A DNA stretch of 64,000 nt from Macrostomum lignano (Eukaryota): positions 216,594 to 280,593 of the forward strand of contig NIVC01000700.1 of assembly GCA_002269645.1 (NCBI GenBank), read 5' to 3'. Both the position numbers and the translations under genes were made by a program. Shown one piece after another: positions 50,110 through 63,400 of the stretch (positions are counted from its first letter, which is position 1; every line of letters starts with the position of its first letter). The notes under the pieces were generated by a model. It was not told the origin of the DNA. It was given only the letters and a program-made list of their open reading frames with translations, and ran no database searches.

Positions 50110-50512
50110 AAAGCACTTAGGCTTAGGCACATTAGATAAAACTGTAGAGGAATGAGATTGAGAACAACATGAACTATTATATTTCCACATACCCATTGAG
50201 GGTGGCCTATAAATACAGAGTTGACGAATTCGGTGGCACCCTTTGAGAAGTGCAGGCCGGTGAAGTCTCTCAATCTTTGCGAGTGACGCAACTTTATAGC
50301 TACGCCGCGTCAGACTTGAGTTGAGGAATGAAGTGGGGGGAGCGGTGTGCGAGGGTTCAACGAATGAAAGCTACCCGATCAGTTTTCTCGTATCTTCTAT
50401 GAGGCTCTTCATATTGCTTGTTCTGGTTCTAGAACCAGAACCAATTTGTAAAGTATAACTTTTTGTCTCCTAAACTAGAGAGATATTAGTGCTTTAAAAT
50501 TTTGATTATTGG

Positions 50513-53500
50513 ATGGCAATAGCCAAGAAGAAAGTGAAAAATTGTGCAAAGTGAGGACTCCCGTAAATCTAGCCGCATGCCATCCTCATAAAAAATTTAA
50601 ATGTTTGCGACAGCTATAAATCTGGATATTTTGCAAAGATTTAGACACTTTATTTATGCAACAGAAGGTTCAAAGCATTCCATGTACTTGGCTTGTCTGT
50701 GGGGAGGCGTTAAAAATTAGTTACGTGCGGATAGCGTGCGGATGGCTTGTTTTTTGGGCTTAGGAATTTTAAGCTTTGGGCAATTCTTGCGACAGTTGCT
50801 GATCAGGGTAGCATTTTGCGATCAGAACTTGAGGGGCCCCTACCCGGCCCGAGAACAGCTGAAACTGTTTGGTCCAGAATGTGCCGTTTGCTTGGTTTTG
50901 AGGACACTTTTTCTAACAGACGTTGGCTATACGACCAGTTTCGAAGAAACGCATTTCAGTTGCACACTGTCGGCCCTGACAATCAGGAGTGTGAAGCGGA
51001 TGAAGATGAAGATCCTGAAGAGTAAGCTCTTACTATTTTGTACTGTTTTATGTGTGCATTTTCTTTCATAGCAATTACTCGAATGTTGAGTTTTAGGGCG
51101 ACGCCTTGTACATCCAATTGTAGAGAAAATGTGCCTATTTTCACCGTAAAAGTGCAATCAGATTTGCTGGGCGACAATGGTCAGTTGTGCCCTAACTGGC
51201 AGGATAAAGTCCTGCCTAACTTTTCCTCGATGTTGTCTTGTTGTTTATGCATGCAGCGAAGTAGAATTACAATAAGTACTGGCGAGGTTTCTGCAGATTT
51301 ATACTGCCGTGTTGTAACATGCAAGACTTCGTTCAAACTAAAGTCAAAAGAGAATCGGCTTGTTTGGATTCTGAAACCACTTCAACCAATTGTACCGCAT
51401 GTTATAGAACCACGCCCTCTCAGAGGTGAACGGCGAAAAGACTTGGCTAAAAGAGTAGATGATAGTAATGCCTATCTAGTTTCAGCAAGACTAGCTGCCG
51501 GGGGACTAACTCCTGAAGTTCCGTCTTCGAGCGTTCTGAGGACCGCAGCATCTCAAGAACGACTTAGAGAAAAGCTGTTTTGCGATCCTATTTTGGACAT
51601 AATCGTACAAGGAGAACAGTTAGATCCCCCCTTTGTGAGACATATTAATGTTGAGCCAGGACTTGGCCATGTGCGCTTTGCCGTTCTGTATTTCGACCAG
51701 GCAATCACTCTGCTCAAAATACTACACCGCCGCAGTTTGCCGATTGAAATTGGTCTGGACTCTACAGGAGCTCCTCTTGTGGATGGTCATGGAGCTTATC
51801 TCCACATACTAGCTCTGCGACACCCTGTTAATGGAGAAGCGCCAGTACCGATTCTTCTTGTAGTCACATCCTCGCAGACGAAATCAACGCTGAAATTTGC
51901 TGTCGACACGTTCCTAACTTCGGTAAGGAAATCTGTCACAGGCCTCGTAGTTCGGCAGGCAGTCACAGACTTCAACATTCCAAGTCTGTCTGCTCTTATC
52001 TACGGTCTTCATGGAATGGACATTCTCCCATTTCTGAGACTATGCTGTTCCATTCTTCGTCGTTCATTTTCAGTACGGGAGCTGCGTAAATTTCCACTCG
52101 TCGGACTTGGTAGAAGCCATATCGTTCACGAGTTTTGCAGCTGGTCCGTTGTTAAGGCTTGTCGCGACAATCGAATTTCGCTCTTTTGGAAAGACGCATT
52201 TCGTTCTCTAGTGCATTCAACCAGTCTCAGCGAGACTAAGAACATTGTTACAGCCTTTTTTGCTGTTCTTCTTGCACCGACATTGGAGGAAATGAGTGCT
52301 CTAATAGAAGAACTACGGATTGAAGGTGAAGCAGTATCTCCAAAAGTGTATTTGGATGCTACCATCGCCGGCGAGCTGAATGAAAGCGGAGAATTTATTC
52401 CTCGAGAGGAATGGCTGTACGCAAAGCCAGACGAAACAATCAAAAGGTCATCACCGTTTTGGCAGATGTTCCAGGAAGTGCATCAGGACCTGGAGAATAA
52501 ATTTTCTGCTTCCGCAGTAGAAAACTTTCGCTCTATGCCCAATCCATTTTACTGCCCTGAATTGTCACGCAAGCTTTTCGACGTTATGTTGCCGTATTTG
52601 CCACTTTTTACGAGCATCATGTCAGAGCCGTGCAGATATGCTCGCGAGGAGAGTTTTTCCGTTGTCGATCGCTCGACACATTGCTTTCAAGAAGGAGGAA
52701 CAGAGCGCTGTGTCGGAATAGTAACAAACCATCTACTCGAGGGGCATTGCTTAAGCACACACGTTTTCATCAGGAAACTGCACAGTGTTCTTCCTGGAAC
52801 CTACAATCAATTTCTGCGTCCTCTCGGAGTTTTTATGCAACAGCGAGATTATCAATGTCTTGATGAATCAGAAGGCAGTTCGGAGATAAATGACAGTTCG
52901 GGGCCATCTGACGACAGTTCACGGCCGCCTGGCAGCGGCAGTTCAAGGCCGCCAGTCAGTGGCGTTTCAGGGCCGCCGGGCAGCGGCAGTTCAGGGCCGC
53001 CTGACGACAGTACAATGCCGCCTGCCGGCAGTTCAGTGCCGCCTGCCGGCAGTACAATGCCGCCTGTCGGCAGTTCAATGCCGCCTGACGACAGTTCAAT
53101 GCCTCCAGCCGACAGTTCAGTGCCGCCTGACGACAGTTCAATGCCTCCAGCCGACAGTTCAGTGCCGCCTGACGACAGTTCAATGCCTCCAGCCGACAGT
53201 TCAATGCCGCCTGTTAGCGGAAGTTCACGGCCGCCTGGCAGCGGCAATTCAAGGCCGCCAGTCAGTGACGCTTCAGGGCCGCCGGGCAGCGGCAGTTCAG
53301 GGCCGCCTGACGACAGTTCACGGCCGCCTGTTAGCGCCAGTTCACGGCCGCCTGGCAGCGGCAATTCAAGGCCGCCAGTCAGTGACGTTTCAGGGCCGCC
53401 GGGCAGCAGCAGTTTAGGGCCGCCTGTTAGCGCCAGTTCACGGCCGCCTGGCAGCGGTAGTTCACGGCCGCCTGGCAGCGGCAGTTCACGGCCGCCTGAC

Positions 53501-54883
53501 AGGTCAAGACCGCCTTACGACAGTTCAAGGCCGCCTGTACAGCGAAAACCTGAAAGTCCATTCACTCCCATGGAGGAGGAAGAGAATATAACAGATGACC
53601 GTTCTCATTTTTCTGTCGTCACTAACAAAAGGCGGAAAGTTCGTTATTCAACATGTCCCACCTTAAATGCACGAGCTTCGGTATGTGCTCCATCTCTACG
53701 GGTATCAAGTAACTTTTCTCTAATGAAAAATTATTCAACTTCTCGAAAGGTTCCATTTAATGATGAAGTACTTACAGTTCATGTGTACAACGCATGCACT
53801 GTGGATCACTTATTGACGGCCCTCACATTCGCAATGAGAGATGATCAGCATTTTCGCCAAGCAGTTCAGCAACTTCCGGATAATTTTTCTCCGTTGGTGG
53901 ACTTTTTGCATGCAGCTGTACAATAATTTACTCAAGAAAGCGCCCATTTCGCTCGAGCTAGGCTGCTATTGCGATGTCTAGAACTACATCGACATGGGGC
54001 CATCACAAGGCGTAGATCCAGTACTTCCAAAGAGATTGATATCAATCTGTACCAAGGAGCACTGGATGTCTGTACTTGGGTGCTTGGAGACATCGTCGCA
54101 ATCGCTCAACGCTTTGTTTGCCCTTACTGCTCGTCTAACGAGGAGAGGCGTTTTTATCAACTCGTTCTTCCCGTGCCGGAACGTCTATCGTCATTTAGTA
54201 GCCATGTGACTTTTATGTCTCCAGAGGACTTTCTCCTGCAATTTTTTACCTCGGGTGACAGATGTGTCGAATGCAGTACTTGCGATTATGCGTCGCTTTA
54301 CGTACACCACCCTCGGTTTGTCAATTTCCCGCCACCGGTTTTGGTGATCGGCATCCCCGATGCAGCTAACGGACGGGAGATTCTTCCACCACACGACGTC
54401 GTGCATCCATTTCCAGAGGAGCGAAATATTCAGTAAGGAATTTTTGGCTCTTGAAAGTGTGATGACTTTGGACTGTTGAAGTTTTTATCCAGTATTAGTA
54501 GTACTGTGTAGTGTAAGTGTTCATCGTGCGCACCACCAAACTCTGATGTACTCCTATGAACATTTGAAGGGGCTTACTATTGAAACATATCTTGAAGTAC
54601 ATGCATGTACTTCTTTCAACATGTTTTGTGTGCCCTACACTCATTGTACCTGCCAATTTTTTTCAGCTACAATCTCTGCTGTACGACAGCCGTGACAGGA
54701 CATTTCTTCGGGCGTCTCAATCGAGGCGATTCTAGTTACATTTATGATGATGCTGCATCAAGCGAACTAGGACAGCTTCACTTTTCTAAGGAAAATCGCC
54801 AAAGGAGCCGGGGAAGACCAAGTCTTTTGATTTACACTCTTGGATTTTGCGGGTGCGGAGCTACGAGAACAAATAACAATTAG
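50513..54883 (+). mobile_element. NOF/Mutator-like (MULE) transposase gene with C-terminal USP-like protease domain; exons 50513-50550 (tentative), 50764-51021, 51097-54432, 54667-54883; one in-frame TAA at 53924-53926
   Basis: MULE-type DDE layout: LDSTG (D 51758), G.APVPILLVVTS, VTDF (D 51968), GRSH (CxxH position), TERC (E 52703). All splice junctions are GT-AG and phase 2. ORFs 51038..53926 and 53969..54436 share one frame across a single stop. NOF-family similarity is recalled, not searched. Confidence 0.7.
52890..53530 (+). repeat. In-frame 24-bp coding minisatellite (PPDDSSMP / PPGSGSSR) within the transposase ORF
   Basis: About 25 units of 8 aa, with no stops or frameshifts. Confidence 0.9.
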
Positions 54884-54984
54884 ACGATCGGTTTCGTTGA
54901 AAAACATTGTGCATGTATGATCACTTACGAAAAAACTCAATGGCAGATCCTCGTCAAAAAACTCCGTTAGTTCATACATATTTT

Positions 54985-55260
54985 TACTGTGAGAGAAGAG
55001 GAGAAGTGAGAAGAGAGGGGAGAAGGAGAGAGAGGAGAAAACAGATGAGATGGGAGAGATGAAAGAGGAAAAAAGGAGATATGAGAGAGTAGAGACGAGA
55101 GAGAAGAGAGGTGGTGAGGGAAGATCGACGAGAGAACAGGGGAGAGAGAAGATATAAAAGAAGAGATGAGATGAGAGAGAGAGAAAATAGGAAACAGAAG
55201 AGAAGATAAAAGTTTTAAAGGATCCGAGGGACGTAGAGAGAGGCAGAGACAGAGGTCAGA
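54985..55260. repeat. GA-rich low-complexity tract
   Basis: Almost purely purine on the + strand. Confidence 0.8.
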
Positions 55261-56488
55261 GTTTGCCAATACATGTTTTCGAAAGTTACTCCTATGAGTT
55301 CCTTGTAAATAATTTTTCAATTCGTACGTCTGACGAAGCACGGAACTATGATTTTTAAGTGAAAGTTTGTTTAAAGAATCACGGAAAATAAAGTTAAAGA
55401 AATACAAAGACTAACAACAGTAGGTAGGTGCTTATAATCTTACTATTATCGTTATTTTTTGAAGGAATTGTTATTGGACTTGTATCTCTTTTCCTTTCCA
55501 TAGACGCACATTTTTTGTATTGACTACAGACCAAGATGTGCAGAATATCATGTATATTATTATAAATTGCTAATTAAAAATGAAAAGCGGGGTAAAAAAC
55601 TTAAGAAGAATATTTAATTTTAGGAAGAATGAAAATTTAATTTGATAGTCGATTACTCAAGCATTAATAACCATAGTTTTTCATAGCACTATCAAACAAA
55701 CGCTGAGGCTTTCACAAATCCCAAATCAAAACTTCAAAGGTTTGTTTTTGTTATGGCTGCAATTGTTTTTAATTCCAGAAAAAACTGATGAATCGTAGCT
55801 TTTTTGTAACACTTCTCATCGCATCGTATCGTCGCACTGGAATGGTTTTGTGATGGCGTGATTTTAGTAAATCTTATACAAACACATGTTCTAGCAATGA
55901 TGTACATCAAAATCTCGTAAATAAAGTTTTCATACGAGCCGTATCACTCGTAGCAATCAGGACTTGGTAAATGAAGAATGATCAAATTGGGTTTGTCATT
56001 TGTGATGTTTTGCCGACTGTCGTCGACAAACTGTATTTACTTAGCTGGAACATCGATGATGGAATAGACTGGATTTGTAATCGAACTCAGTTCTTTTCTC
56101 GCTTTTAGCCGCTTTGCCTCCGCTCCTCCGTGCTTTTTCATGGACTGAGGCAATGCGTCCATACATCATCACGTGACTTTGCACTAGAGAAATGGACTCA
56201 GATTTAGCTTTCCAATGATTCCAAAATCAAGGATAGAAAATCGAAGACCAGCCGCTCTCAGACAATGAAAAGGCACTGTGGGGAGTGGAAACAAAGCGAC
56301 GAAGAACCAAAAGTAACTGGGTCCGATTGGCAATCCATTATATTTCTTCATCCATGAGAGGGAAACAGTTTTTCGTAACCTATTGTACTACATAGTTAAC
56401 AGCTAATCGGTTAACATTAAAAGAAAAACTGCAGTTTACAATACCTGAAAATTAAAGCATATTTGCAACTCACCGGAGATTAAATTGA

Positions 56489-57325
56489 TCAATCTTGTCG
56501 TATCCTTTTACTTGACCGGGTTGTGCTGCCTTTGCTGACTATATTCATACATTTACGAGTACGCTTCGTGCTGGAACTAGCCTTTGAATTCTTTGCTTGC
56601 TCCATGCTTTGCTTTCCTGCAACTCTACGCTTCGCCCCCGCCTCCTCCTTGCGCTTCGCTTCCTCCTCCTTGCGCTTTGCTTCCTCCTCCTTGCGCTTTG
56701 CTTCCTCCTCCTCCTCCTTGCGCCTCTTTTCCTTATCCTGCACGTCGCTATTTGCAGCACTGGCATACAAGGAACCATTTTCCTCGTAGCATTGATCAAC
56801 AACTTTCGGAGTAATGCCCTTAAGACATGCTTCAAAATCATGCAAGGCTTGTCGAGCACAAATGATTCCAAACGTTACGCTGCGCACCATTTCAGGTGAA
56901 GCCATAGAAGCCGCAAGCTCAAAATGCTTTAAGGCCTTTTCAATGTGCTCCTTGGCGAGATAATCCGCTGAAAAATTGCCAGGTGAAATTTTCCAATTTT
57001 GCTCTAATAACCAAACACGACCAGCCTCAACCGCCTGTAAGCGTTTTGTTTTATCTAACCTGTTCTCTCCTTCCACCAGCCGCTTTCGGAAAACGGCAAC
57101 GCCGTTAAAAAGTGCCAGGGCAATTCCATCTTCAGAAAGATACTTCACGTCCATCCCTCGAACACACCGAATCGGCGCCTTTTGCAATTCAAGATTCAAT
57201 ACTTTTGCTGCTTCACGAACATCTGAAACATCGACCAACACGCCGACAACCAAATCGAGCTCGGGAGCATTGTCAGGCAAAGGGCCGTTGCCCTCAAAAA
57301 CAACGAACGGATACTTGATAAAGGC
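56489..57325 (-). CDS. Exon of an unknown protein with helical core and KEEEAKR coiled-coil repeat; convergent to the transposase gene
   Basis: 309-codon ORF with protein-like composition. Strong acceptor cttttcttttcag|GCC at 57325 and no good ATG upstream of it, so the 5' exon(s) probably lie beyond the 74-bp array. Confidence 0.6.
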   Translation of the reverse strand, partial: AFIKYPFVVFEGNGPLPDNAPELDLVVGVLVDVSDVREAAKVLNLELQKAPIRCVRGMDVKYLSEDGIALALFNGVAVFRKRLVEGENRLDKTKRLQAVEAGRVWLLEQNWKISPGNFSADYLAKEHIEKALKHFELAASMASPEMVRSVTFGIICARQALHDFEACLKGITPKVVDQCYEENGSLYASAANSDVQDKEKRRKEEEEEAKRKEEEAKRKEEEAKRKEEAGAKRRVAGKQSMEQAKNSKASSSTKRTRKCMNIVSKGSTTRSSKRIRQD

Positions 57326-57498
57326 CTGAAAAGAAAAGGCCACAATTTTTAAAGTAATAAGCTGTCTGATTTGTGATGACAATAACCAATTACATGGAAT
57401 AGAATTGACAATAACCAATTGTAATACCAGTATAAAGAATGAAGTTTAGATAAAAACACACTAAAAAGAAGCCTGCTCTGAGAAGGTTCATATTAAGA

Positions 57499-60400
57499 TT
57501 GATAAAGCACATAAGCACAGTCGAGTGTGCTACTGCGCTTTGGCATGCAAACTGTTTCCAGATCGACACAAGCTTGATAAGCACACAAACACAGTCGAGT
57601 GTGCTACTGCGCTTTGGCATGCAAACTGTTTCCAGATCGACACAAGCTTGATAAGCACACAAACACAGTCGAGTGTGCTACTGCGCTTTGGCATGCAAAC
57701 TGTTTCCAGATCGACACAAGCTTGATAAGCACACAAACACAGTCGAGTGTGCTACTGCGCTTTGGCATGCAAACTGTTTCCAGATCGACACAAGCTTGAT
57801 AAGCACACAAACACAGTCGAGTGTGCTACTGCGCTTTGGCATGCAAACTGTTTCCAGATCGACACAAGCTTGATAAGCACACAAACACAGTCGAGTGTGC
57901 TACTGCGCTTTGGCATGCAAACTGTTTCCAGATCGACACAAGCTTGATAAGCACACAAACACAGTCGAGTGTGCTACTGCGCTTTGGCATGCAAACTGTT
58001 TCCAGATCGACACAAGCTTGATAAGCACACAAACACAGTCGAGTGTGCTACTGCGCTTTGGCATGCAAACTGTTTCCAGATCGACACAAGCTTGATAAGC
58101 ACACAAACACAGTCGAGTGTGCTACTGCGCTTTGGCATGCAAACTGTTTCCAGATCGACACAAGCTTGATAAGCACACAAACACAGTCGAGTGTGCTACT
58201 GCGCTTTGGCATGCAAACTGTTTCCAGATCGACACAAGCTTGATAAGCACACAAACACAGTCGAGTGTGCTACTGCGCTTTAGCATGCAAACTGTTTCCA
58301 GATCGACACAAGCTTGATAAGCACACAAACACAGTCGAGTGTGCTACTGCGCTTTGGCATGCAAACTGTTTCCAGATCGACACAAGCTTGATAAGCACAC
58401 AAACACAGTCGAGTGTGCTACTGCGCTTTGGCATGCAAACTGTTTCCAGATCGACACAAGCTTGATAAGCACACAAACACAGTCGAGTGTGCTACTGCGC
58501 TTTGGCATGCAAACTGTTTCCAGATCGACACAAGCTTGATAAGCACACAAACACAGTCGAGTGTGCTACTGCGCTTTGGCATGCAAACTGTTTCCAGATC
58601 GACACAAGCTTGATAAGCACACAAACACAGTCGAGTGTGCTACTGCGCTTTGGCATGCAAACTGTTTCCAGATCGACACAAGCTTGATAAGCACACAAAC
58701 ACAGTCGAGTGTGCTACTGCGCTTTGGCATGCAAACTGTTTCCAGATCGACACAAGCTTGATAAGCACGCAAACACAGTCGAGTGTGCTACTGCGCTTTG
58801 GCATGCAAACTGTTTCCAGATCGACACAAGCTTGATAAGCACACAAACACAGTCGAGTGTGCTACTGCGCTTTGGCATGCAAACTGTTTCCAATCGACAC
58901 AAGCTTGATAAGCACACAAACACAGTCGAGTGTGCTACTGCGCTTTGGCATGCAAACTGTTTCCAGATCGACACAAGCTTGATAAGCACACAAACACAGT
59001 CGAGTGTGCTACTGCGCTTTGGCATGCAAACTGTTTCCAGATCGACACAAGCTTGATAAGCACACAAACACAGTCGAGTGTGCTACTGCGCTTTGGCATG
59101 CAAACTGTTTCCAGATCGACACAAGCTTGATAAGCACACAAACACAGTCGAGTGTGCTACTGCGCTTTGGCATGCAAACTGTTTCCAGATCGACACAAGC
59201 TTGATAAGCACACAAACACAGTCGAGTGTGCTACTGCGCTTTGGCATGCAAACTGTTTCCAGATCGACACAAGCTTGATAAGCACGCAAACACAGTCGAG
59301 TGTGCTACTGCGCTTTGGCATGCAAACTGTTTCCAGATCGACACAAGCTTGATAAGCACACAAACACAGTCGAGTGTGCTACTGCGCTTTGGCATGCAAA
59401 CTGTTTCCAGATCGACACAAGCTTGATAAGCACACAAACACAGTCGAGTGTGCTACTGCGCTTTGGCATGCAAACTGTTTCCAGATCGACACAAGCTTGA
59501 TAAGCACACAAACACAGTCGAGTGTGCTACTGCGCTTTGGCATGCAAACTGTTTCCAGATCGACACAAGCTTGATAAGCACACAAACACAGTCGAGTGTG
59601 CTACTGCGCTTTGGCATGCAAACTGTTTCCAGATCGACACAAGCTTGATAAGCACACAAACACAGTCGAGTGTGCTACTGCGCTTTGGCATGCAAACTGT
59701 TTCCAGATCGACACAAGCTTGATAAGCACACAAACACAGTCGAGTGTGCTACTGCGCTTTGGCATGCAAACTGTTTCCAGATCGACACAAGCTTGATAAG
59801 CACACAAACACAGTCGAGTGTGCTACTGCGCTTTGGCATGCAAACTGTTTCCAGATCGACACAAGCTTGATAAGCACGCAAACACAGTCGAGTGTGCTAC
59901 TGCGCTTTGGCATGCAAACTGTTTCCAGATCGACACAAGCTTGATAAGCACACAAACACAGTCGAGTGTGCTACTGCGCTTTGGCATGCAAACTGTTTCC
60001 AAATCGACACAAGCTTGATAAGCACACAAACACAGTCGAGTGTGCTACTGCGCTTTGGCATGCAAACTGTTTCCAGATCGACACAAGCTTGATAAGCACA
60101 CAAACACAGTCGAGTGTGCTACTGCGCTTTGGCATGCAAACTGTTTCCAAATCGACACAAGCTTGATAAGCACACAAACACAGTCGAGTGTGCTACTGCG
60201 CTTTGGCATGCAAACTGTTTCCAGATCGACACAAGCTTGATAAGCACACAAACACAGTCGAGTGTGCTACTGCGCTTTGGCATGCAAACTGTTTCCAGAT
60301 CGACACAAGCTTGATAAGCACACAAACACAGTCGAGTGTGCTACTGCGCTTTGGCATGCAAACTGTTTCCAGATCGACACAAGCTTGATAAGCACACAAA

Positions 60401-63400
60401 CACAGTCGAGTGTGCTACTGCGCTTTGGCATGCAAACTGTTTCCAAATCGACACAAGCTTGATAAGCACACAAACACAGTCGAGTGTGCTACTGCGCTTT
60501 GGCATGCAAACTGTTTCCAGATCGACACAAGCTTGATAAGCACACAAACACAGTCGAGTGTGCTACTGCGCTTTGGCATGCAAACTTTTCCAGATCCAAA
60601 CACAGTCGACACAAGCTTGATAAGCACACAAACACAGTCGAGTGTGCTACTGCGCTTTGGCATGCAAACTGTTTCCAGATCGACACAAGCTTGATAAGCA
60701 CACAAACACAGTCGAGTGTGCTACTGCGCTTTGGCATGCAAACTGTTTCCAGATCGACACAAGCTTGATAAGCACACAAACACAGTCGAGTGTGCTACTG
60801 CGCTTTGGCATGCAAACTGTTTCCAGATCGACACAAGCTTGATAAGCACACAAACACAGTCGAGTGTGCTACTGCGCTTTGGCATGCAAACTGTTTCCAG
60901 ATCGACACAAGCTTGATAAGCACACAAACACAGTCGAGTGTGCTACTGCGCTTTGGCATGCAAACTGTTTCCAGATCGACACAAGCTTGATAAGCACACA
61001 AACACAGTCGAGTGTGCTACTGCGCTTTGGCATGCAAACTGTTTCCAGATCGACACAAGCTTGATAAGCACACAAACACAGTCGAGTGTGCTACTGCGCT
61101 TTGGCATGCAAACTGTTTCCAGATCGACACAAGCTTGATAAGCACACAAACACAGTCGAGTGTGCTACTGCGCTTTGGCATGCAAACTGTTTCCAGATCG
61201 ACACAAGCTTGATAAGCACACAAACACAGTCGAGTGTGCTACTGCGCTTTGGCATGCAAACTGTTTCCAGATCGACACAAGCTTGATAAGCACACAAACA
61301 CAGTCGAGTGTGCTACTGCGCTTTGGCATGCAAACTGTTTCCAGATCGACACAAGCTTGATAAGCACACAAACACAGTCGAGTGTGCTACTGCGCTTTGG
61401 CATGCAAACTGTTTCCAGATCGACACAAGCTTGATAAGCACACAAACACAGTCGAGTGTGCTACTGCGCTTTGGCATGCAAACTGTTTCCAGATCGACAC
61501 AAGCTTGATAAGCACACAAACACAGTCGAGTGTGCTACTGCGCTTTGGCATGCAAACTGTTTCCAGATCGACACAAGCTTGATAAGCACACAAACACAGT
61601 CGAGTGTGCTACTGCGCTTTGGCATGCAAACTGTTTCCAGATCGACACAAGCTTGATAAGCACACAAACACAGTCGAGTGTGCTACTGCGCTTTGGCATG
61701 CAAACTGTTTCCAGATCGACACAAGCTTGATAAGCACACAAACACAGTCGAGTGTGCTACTGCGCTTTGGCATGCAAACTGTTTCCAGATCGACACAAGC
61801 TTGATAAGCACACAAACACAGTCGAGTGTGCTACTGCGCTTTGGCATGCAAACTGTTTCCAGATCGACACAAGCTTGATAAGCACACAAACACAGTCGAG
61901 TGTGCTACTGCGCTTTGGCATGCAAACTGTTTCCAATCGACACAAGCTTGATAAGCACACAAACACAGTCGAGTGTGCTACTGCGCTTTGGCATGCAAAC
62001 TGTTTCCAGATCGACACAAGCTTGATAAGCACACAAACACAGTCGAGTGTGCTACTGCGCTTTGGCATGCAAACTGTTTCCAGATCGACACAAGCTTGAT
62101 AAGCACACAAACACAGTCGAGTGTGCTACTGCGCTTTGGCATGCAAACTGTTTCCAGATCGACACAAGCTTGATAAGCACACAAACACAGTCGAGTGTGC
62201 TACTGCGCTTTGGCATGCAAACTGTTTCCAGATCGACACAAGCTTGATAAGCACACAAACACAGTCGAGTGTGCTACTGCGCTTTGGCATGCAAACTGTT
62301 TCCAGATCGACACAAGCTTGATAAGCACACAAACACAGTCGAGTGTGCTACTGCGCTTTGGCATGCAAACTGTTTCCAGATCGACACAAGCTTGATAAGC
62401 ACACAAACACAGTCGAGTGTGCTACTGCGCTTTGGCATGCAAACTGTTTCCAGATCGACACAAGCTTGATAAGCACACAAACACAGTCGAGTGTGCTACT
62501 GCGCTTTGGCATGCAAACTGTTTCCAGATCGACACAAGCTTGATAAGCACACAAACACAGTCGAGTGTGCTACTGCGCTTTGGCATGCAAACTGTTTCCA
62601 GATCGACACAAGCTTGATAAGCACACAAACACAGTCGAGTGTGCTACTGCGCTTTGGCATGCAAACTGTTTCCAGATCGACACAAGCTTGATAAGCACAC
62701 AAACACAGTCGAGTGTGCTACTGCGCTTTGGCATGCAAACTGTTTCCAGATCGACACAAGCTTGATAAGCACACAAACACAGTCGAGTGTGCTACTGCGC
62801 TTTGGCATGCAAACTGTTTCCAGATCGACACAAGCTTGATAAGCACACAAACACAGTCGAGTGTGCTACTGCGCTTTGGCATGCAAACTGTTTCCAGATC
62901 GACACAAGCTTGATAAGCACCAAACACAGTCGAGTGTGCTACTGCGCTTTGGCATGCAAACTGTTTCCAGATCGACACAAGCTTGATAAGCACACAAACA
63001 CAGTCGAGTGTGCTACTGCGCTTTGGCATGCAAACTGTTTCCAGATCGACACAAGCTTGATAAGCACACAAACACAGTCGAGTGTGCTACTGCGCTTTGG
63101 CATGCAAACTGTTTCCAGATCGACACAAGCTTGATAAGCACACAAACACAGTCGAGTGTGCTACTGCGCTTTGGCATGCAAACTGTTTCCAGATCGACAC
63201 AAGCTTGATAAGCACACAAACACAGTCGAGTGTGCTACTGCGCTTTGGCATGCAAACTGTTTCCAGATCGACACAAGCTTGATAAGCACACAAACACAGT
63301 CGAGTGTGCTACTGCGCTTTGGCATGCAAACTGTTTCCAGATCGACACAAGCTTGATAAGCACACAAACACAGTCGAGTGTGCTACTGCGCTTTGGCATG

